The notes under the pieces are model-generated. The model did no database searches. It saw only the letters and a list, made by a program, of their open reading frames with translations, and had not been told where the DNA came from. DNA of 64,000 nucleotides from positions 128,001 through 192,000 of the forward strand of contig CAXXHO010000003.1 in NCBI GenBank assembly GCA_963667725.2. Reading direction: 5' to 3'. The DNA comes from Treponemataceae bacterium (GTDB lineage: Bacteria > Spirochaetota > Spirochaetia > Treponematales > Rectinemataceae). Of this stretch, positions 59,121 through 64,000 are shown one piece after another (positions within the stretch are counted from its first letter, which is position 1; every line of letters starts with the position of its first letter). Both the position numbers and the translations under genes were made by a program.

Positions 59121-59195
59121 TGAAAAAAATATTCTTTCAAAAGAAAATAATTTTCATACTGGAAACTTGACGGCAAAGGGAAAGGATAGGATACT
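59121..59195. promoter_or_regulatory. Candidate RpiR operators and sigma70 promoter of the ABC operon
   Basis: Inverted repeats TGAAA-N9-TTTCA (59121-59139) and GAAAAT-A-ATTTTC (59143-59155), then TTGACG-17-GATACT. Confidence 0.55.
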
Positions 59196-59235
59196 ACAAA
59201 ATAGCTTTACCGTACTTTATCTGAAGGAGGCCTTC

Positions 59236-60486
59236 ATGAAAGTCAAGTTTATCGCGCTTGCGCTGATGCTCGCCGTCGTATTGGGAGCTGGCGCCCAAGC
59301 CAAGGAAATCCGCGTCCTGCTCGCCAACCATCCCTACGGCGACCTGCTGAAAGCGGCTATCCCCGAATACGAAAAGGCGACCGGCATCAAAGTGAATGTC
59401 GAGAGCCTGCAGGAGAGCCAGCTGACGACGAAGCTGACCACCGAGTTCGCCACCAATTCTTCCTCGGCCGATGTCTTTATGACTCGTCCCCTGCAGGAAG
59501 GGAAGATGTTCTACAAGAACGGCTGGTACGAGCCTCTCACCACCTACGATTTCGCCGACTATCCCAACAGCGCGATGGGAGTGGCCAGGTTCGGCAATAA
59601 GCCCTACCTCGTTCCCCTCGTCACCGAATGGCAGGTTCTCTACTACAGAAAAGACCTCTTCAAGAAAGCAGGCCTTTCCGTTCCCAAGACCTTTGTTGAA
59701 CTCGAAGCCGCGGCCAAGGCGCTTCATTCCTCCGATGTGGCGGGATTCGCCTCCCGCGGCAAGGGCGCGGCGGCCGTAACCCAGCTCTCCAGCTATATTT
59801 ACAGCTATGGCGGAGCCTATCTCAACAAGGGCGTGGCCGTGTTTGATTCCCCCGAAGCGCTTGAGGCCATCAGATTCTACGGCAAGATGCTGGCTCTCTA
59901 TGGTCCGAAGGGCGTCACGTCGATGTCCTGGGAGAATATCATGCCTCTCGTCCAGGCCGGCAAGGTCGCGATGTGGACGGACGCTTCGGTCTTCTACGGC
60001 CAGATCGTCGATCCCGCGAAGAGCCAGGTGACAGCGGCCGATGTGGGCATCGCCAATCTGCCCGCCGGTCCCAAGGCCGGCAATCCCTTCTTCGTTGTCT
60101 CGTGGGGAATGGCCGTCGCCCGCCAGTCTAAGAACAAGGCAGCCGCGATGGACTTCATCAAGTGGGCGACCAGCGCCGATCTCGCCAAGAAGGCCCTCAT
60201 CGCCAGCATTCCGATGTCGCGCAACTCGGCCTGGGCAGATCCCGAAGCCCGCGCCAAGGCTAATCCCGAGCTTGTCGCTTCTCAGGCCTATGCGGCCAAG
60301 AACGGCAATCCCTTCGATCGCCCCTACATGAGCGCCGTCGGCAACGCCCGCGATCTCATCGGCGAAGTGATCATCGAATCCATCAACACGGCAGGCGCTT
60401 CCCAGTCTCTCGCCGCTCTGGCGAAGGCAAAAGTGAAGGCTGTCAACGAACTTCTCGAGGACACCGGGGAATACGGCGTCTACTGA
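59236..60486 (+). CDS. Sugar ABC transporter substrate-binding protein
   Basis: Signal peptide, YEKATGIKV, LYYRKDLF, GKVAM; AAGGAGG RBS. Confidence 0.9.
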   Translation: MKVKFIALALMLAVVLGAGAQAKEIRVLLANHPYGDLLKAAIPEYEKATGIKVNVESLQESQLTTKLTTEFATNSSSADVFMTRPLQEGKMFYKNGWYEPLTTYDFADYPNSAMGVARFGNKPYLVPLVTEWQVLYYRKDLFKKAGLSVPKTFVELEAAAKALHSSDVAGFASRGKGAAAVTQLSSYIYSYGGAYLNKGVAVFDSPEALEAIRFYGKMLALYGPKGVTSMSWENIMPLVQAGKVAMWTDASVFYGQIVDPAKSQVTAADVGIANLPAGPKAGNPFFVVSWGMAVARQSKNKAAAMDFIKWATSADLAKKALIASIPMSRNSAWADPEARAKANPELVASQAYAAKNGNPFDRPYMSAVGNARDLIGEVIIESINTAGASQSLAALAKAKVKAVNELLEDTGEYGVY

Positions 60487-60505
60487 TCCAAATTTCTGAA
60501 CAGCT

Positions 60506-60561
60506 GAGGCGGGCTGGGGAAATCCGGCTCGCTTTTGCCTGTCTCGCAGGCTTCCGCCTGC
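60506..60561 (+). other. Stem-loops after the binding-protein gene (mRNA stabiliser or partial terminator)
   Basis: GAGGCGGGCTGG/CCGGCTCGCTTT and GCAGGC/GCCTGC. Confidence 0.5.
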
Positions 60562-60607
60562 CCGCCCGCTTTTTCTGCTATTCACGTTTTGCCTGCCGGA
60601 GGATGCC

Positions 60608-61486
60608 ATGACAAAAAGCGGTTTCGTCGAAAGGAATCTAAAAATACTATTTCCCCTGCCCGCGGTAACCTTCGTCGTGGTCATGATGCTCTTCCCCGTG
60701 GTCTATACCCTCTTCCTGAGCTTCACCAACTGGAACCTCACTTCCGGAATGCCGCTCAAGTTCGTCTGGCTGAAATCCTACGCGAGGGTTCTGACAGAAC
60801 CGCGGTTCCTCAGCGCCTTGGGAAGAACTTTTTCCTTCACGCTGCTCGCCGTGGCTGTCGAAATCCTGCTTGGCCTCGCGCTCGCGCTTCTGCTCAACAG
60901 GGAATTCAAGGGAAAATCGGCCATGAAGCTGATCCTCCTTCTCCCCCTCGTGGCGACGCCGGTGGCAATAGGCATCGTATGGAATCTTTTTTTCGATCCC
61001 ACCATCGGGTTCATGAATTATATGCTCACCATCCTGGGGCTGCCTACCTCCGAGTGGGTTTCCAATACTGAAACGGTCATACCATCGCTCGCGCTGGTGG
61101 ATATCTGGCAATGGACGCCCATGATCACGCTTATCGTCCTCGCGGGGCTCGCCGGCCTTTCCCAGGAGCCTTACGAATCGGCCCGCGTCGACGGCGCCAA
61201 CGCTTACCAAACCTTCACCCAGATTACCCTGCCGATGATAGCGCCAACCCTTCTCACCGCCATGATCCTGCGCTCCATCGACGCCCTTAAAACCTTCGAC
61301 ATCATCTACGCGATGACGGGAGGAGGTCCGGGCTATGCCTCGGAAACTCTCAACGTCATGGCCTTCAAATACAGTTTTGAGTATTTCCGCATGGGACAGT
61401 CTTCGGTCATACTCATTTTCCTCTTCCTGCTGGTGCTCCTTCTCAGCATGGCGATCATGCGGCTGCGCAAGCGCTTCGAGCTTTAG
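60608..61486 (+). CDS. Sugar ABC transporter permease
   Basis: YESARVDGA EAA loop, TGGGPG. Confidence 0.92.
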   Translation: MTKSGFVERNLKILFPLPAVTFVVVMMLFPVVYTLFLSFTNWNLTSGMPLKFVWLKSYARVLTEPRFLSALGRTFSFTLLAVAVEILLGLALALLLNREFKGKSAMKLILLLPLVATPVAIGIVWNLFFDPTIGFMNYMLTILGLPTSEWVSNTETVIPSLALVDIWQWTPMITLIVLAGLAGLSQEPYESARVDGANAYQTFTQITLPMIAPTLLTAMILRSIDALKTFDIIYAMTGGGPGYASETLNVMAFKYSFEYFRMGQSSVILIFLFLLVLLLSMAIMRLRKRFEL

Positions 61487-61495
61487 GAGGCACCC

Positions 61496-62311
61496 ATGCG
61501 AGTATCATTCACGCGGCGATTCCTTTTCGCCCTCGTTTTGGCCGGCGTCGCCATTCCCGTCCTTTTTCCCTTCGTCTGGATGTTGGCTTCATCGTTCAAG
61601 ACCCAGGTCGACATTATCGCATGGCCGCCGAAATTCATCTTCACGCCCATCGTCGGCAATTATGTGAAGGTTTTTACCGAGCAGAATTTTCTGCAGTATT
61701 TCATCAATTCGTCGATTGTCGGCGTCGTCGCCGTGGGCTTGTCGGTGGCCCTGGGTCTGCCGGCCGCCTATTCGATCGCTCGATTCCAGCAAAAGAGACT
61801 CTCCGTCTTCATCCTGGTGGCCAAGCTCATGCCGGGAATTTCCTTTTTAATGCCCTGGTATATCATCTTCTCGCGCCTTCATCTGATGGACAGCTACATA
61901 GCCCTCATTCTCTCGCATATGCTGATCGCCCTGCCCATCGTGGTGTGGATCATGTCGAGCTATTTCGAGACAATTCCCATAGAGATGGAAGAATCGGCGA
62001 TGGTCGACGGCGCCACAAGGCAGAGGGCTTTCTGGTCGATAATCCTGCCCGTTTCGGGGCCGGGCATCGTCACCTCGATCACGCTTTCCTTCATCTTTTC
62101 CTGGAACAATTTCATGTTCTCCCAGGTCCTGAGCATGGAGAGAACGAAAACGCTTCCGATCGCTGTGTACAACTTCGTTTCCTATGCCGAGGTGGATTGG
62201 GGAGCGGTCATGGCCGCAGCCGTGGCCATCATGACGCCGGCGATTATCCTCACGATGATTTTCCAGAAATACGTCGTGAAGGGGCTTACGATGGGAGCGG
62301 TTAAAGGCTGA
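61496..62311 (+). CDS. Sugar ABC transporter permease
   Basis: MEESAMVDGA, FSWNNF, GLTMGAVKG. Confidence 0.92.
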   Translation: MRVSFTRRFLFALVLAGVAIPVLFPFVWMLASSFKTQVDIIAWPPKFIFTPIVGNYVKVFTEQNFLQYFINSSIVGVVAVGLSVALGLPAAYSIARFQQKRLSVFILVAKLMPGISFLMPWYIIFSRLHLMDSYIALILSHMLIALPIVVWIMSSYFETIPIEMEESAMVDGATRQRAFWSIILPVSGPGIVTSITLSFIFSWNNFMFSQVLSMERTKTLPIAVYNFVSYAEVDWGAVMAAAVAIMTPAIILTMIFQKYVVKGLTMGAVKG

Positions 62312-62358
62312 CGAGACCCTGATGGACAGATCGCAAGAGCGGGACTATTCTATCCGTT

Positions 62359-63492
62359 ATGCATCCTGAAGATTTGGCCGAAGGCATCAAGGCGATCGTA
62401 AGCCATTCGCCGGCTTTTCCCGAAAGCAGACTCATCGTCGACATAATAGCCAACCCGAAGGCGGGGGGCTTCAAGCGGCGCCGATTCGCCGCCCGTCGAA
62501 AGAATGAACTCCAGCAGGTTGTAGCCTTGGCCTCGGCGTTGCCTCGGCGCGAAAAAGAGGTGCAGGTGCGGCTTCATCTCACCGAACGCTGCGGACACGC
62601 TTCGGCCATCGCGCAGCGCGTCATAGAGCGCACGAGCGCCAATGGCCAGGATTCCCTTCAAATAATCATGACGGCAGGCGGCGACGGCACGAGCCTCGAG
62701 ACGGCAGAGCGTCTGCTTCATCTTCCCGAAGAAAAGAAAGACCAGTTTGCCCTGCTTCGGCTTCCCATGGGAACAGGCAATGACGGCTCGGAAGGCCGCG
62801 ATCTCGTGGTCGCGCTCGGCCGTTTCCTCGGCCCCTTAAGGCTTGAGCGGAGAGCGGCGGTCCAGGTGCGCCCCGCCGAGGAAGGCGGCAAATCACCCCT
62901 TTGGGCTTTCAATATCGCGAGCGTCGGTCTTGATGCCTATGTATCCGACAAGACGAACAAGCTGAAATCGGTTTTCCCTGGCGATTCGTATAAATTTTGG
63001 GTAAATATCGCGACCATGCTCTATGACAGGGCTTATAAGGTAGTTCCCATGGGGCTGAAGGTCTGGTCAGGAGGGAAACAGCCTTTTCATGTTTCGCAGA
63101 AGGAAAGGCTTTTCGTGGCCATGGGCGCTTCCGGCCATCGCCAGTACGGTTCCAACAAGCGCATTTTACCTGGTCCGGAGAATGTCGTCAGCTGTTCCCA
63201 GACAACGTTGCTGCGCAAGCTTTTGGTGAAGGGTTCGATCGAGAAGGGAAAACACGAAGCCGTTCGCGAGATCGAACATTTTTCTGCCACGAGCATCGAG
63301 ATTGAAAACGGCGAAAGGATTCCGCTGCAGTACGACGGCGAGGCAGAAGTGCTTGCCGGCTGCGATTTTCCTCTTGCCATGGAGTGCATTCCCAATCTCT
63401 ACAACGTGATCGTTCCCATCGATGAAAAGAAGACCGGCAAGCGTCAGCCCAAGCCAGCGCCCCGGTCTTCCGGCGACAATCAGAACCGATAG
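62359..63492 (+). CDS. Diacylglycerol/lipid kinase family protein
   Basis: NPKAGG, AGGDGT, LPMGTGND, QYDGE. Confidence 0.85.
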   Translation: MHPEDLAEGIKAIVSHSPAFPESRLIVDIIANPKAGGFKRRRFAARRKNELQQVVALASALPRREKEVQVRLHLTERCGHASAIAQRVIERTSANGQDSLQIIMTAGGDGTSLETAERLLHLPEEKKDQFALLRLPMGTGNDGSEGRDLVVALGRFLGPLRLERRAAVQVRPAEEGGKSPLWAFNIASVGLDAYVSDKTNKLKSVFPGDSYKFWVNIATMLYDRAYKVVPMGLKVWSGGKQPFHVSQKERLFVAMGASGHRQYGSNKRILPGPENVVSCSQTTLLRKLLVKGSIEKGKHEAVREIEHFSATSIEIENGERIPLQYDGEAEVLAGCDFPLAMECIPNLYNVIVPIDEKKTGKRQPKPAPRSSGDNQNR

Positions 63493-64000
63493 GTCGAGGA
63501 AAGGCTTACGTAACTCCTGTCGTGGAACTGGCCGAGGTCGCCCGCCGCGTCTCCGCCGAAGTAGCGCCCTCTCAGGGCGACCTCGGCGTCCCCGAACACG
63601 ACCACGATGCCCGGCTCGACCATATAGTCCGCCTGCTCCAATCCCAGCATCCCGAGAAGCTCCAGCTTCACCCGCTCCTGCGCGAAACTCCGCGAGAGCA
63701 GGGCGGCGATCCGCGTCGTCGTGATGTCGCTTCCATACTCCACATCGAGCGGGCTCGCGATCTTGTCGTGGAATAGCCTCACTTTCCCCGTGGCCTGCAG
63801 GTTGAGGTTGACGCCCGCGAAAAGGTCCCTGTCGAAGCCCGCCGCCCAGACGATGGCGGGGTTGTAGACGAGGGGGTCGTCGCCCGACCTGTCCTCGGTC
63901 AGGTTGGCGCCCGCCTCCAGGCGCAGGTTGAAGCCGGCTAGAACGGTCGCCATGTCAACGCCCAGCTGGTGGTAACGGTTCCAGGAGACGGGTATCTTGC
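63480..64000 (-). CDS. Probable outer-membrane beta-barrel protein (5' end outside the window)
   Basis: Alternating amphipathic strands, LGQF.D motif and C-terminal YRF; reading frame stays open to the window edge. Confidence 0.6.
   Translation of the reverse strand, partial: KIPVSWNRYHQLGVDMATVLAGFNLRLEAGANLTEDRSGDDPLVYNPAIVWAAGFDRDLFAGVNLNLQATGKVRLFHDKIASPLDVEYGSDITTTRIAALLSRSFAQERVKLELLGMLGLEQADYMVEPGIVVVFGDAEVALRGRYFGGDAAGDLGQFHDRSYVSLSSTYRF

Overview
GC-rich bacterial chromosome segment, most likely from a free-living Spirochaetota (Treponema/Rectinema-like). This taxonomy is inferred from an out-of-operon EF-G2-type factor, a class II PurE and general gene content. No rRNA, tRNA, CRISPR array or transposase was seen. 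Contents in order: type III glutamine synthetase (partial) with a consensus sigma54 promoter next to a NifA-like activator; a lysine riboswitch heading asd-lysC-dapB-dapA-dapD, then proC; a MotA-like/FliG-C-like gene pair; an NTPase; a candidate sRNA; nif3-lspA-DUF1015-serA-serC; an Ldh_2 dehydrogenase, trxA, hutU, DUF4954, an outer-membrane protein, EF-G2, a U32-family protein, IclR and ssb; a purine cluster (purB-L-Q-C-E-F-DM-N-H-guaB, no purK); exbB-exbD-tonB; an HD-GYP response regulator and ICMT-like methyltransferase divergent from a histidine kinase with a C-terminal FeeM/LuxI-like acyltransferase domain; an RpiR-linked sugar-acid catabolism and ABC cluster; a DAGK-family kinase; and a partial beta-barrel gene. 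The best candidate for a novel system is the kinase-acyltransferase fusion with its HD-GYP and methyltransferase neighbours (48476-53412). All family assignments come from recognising motifs by eye; no searches were run.
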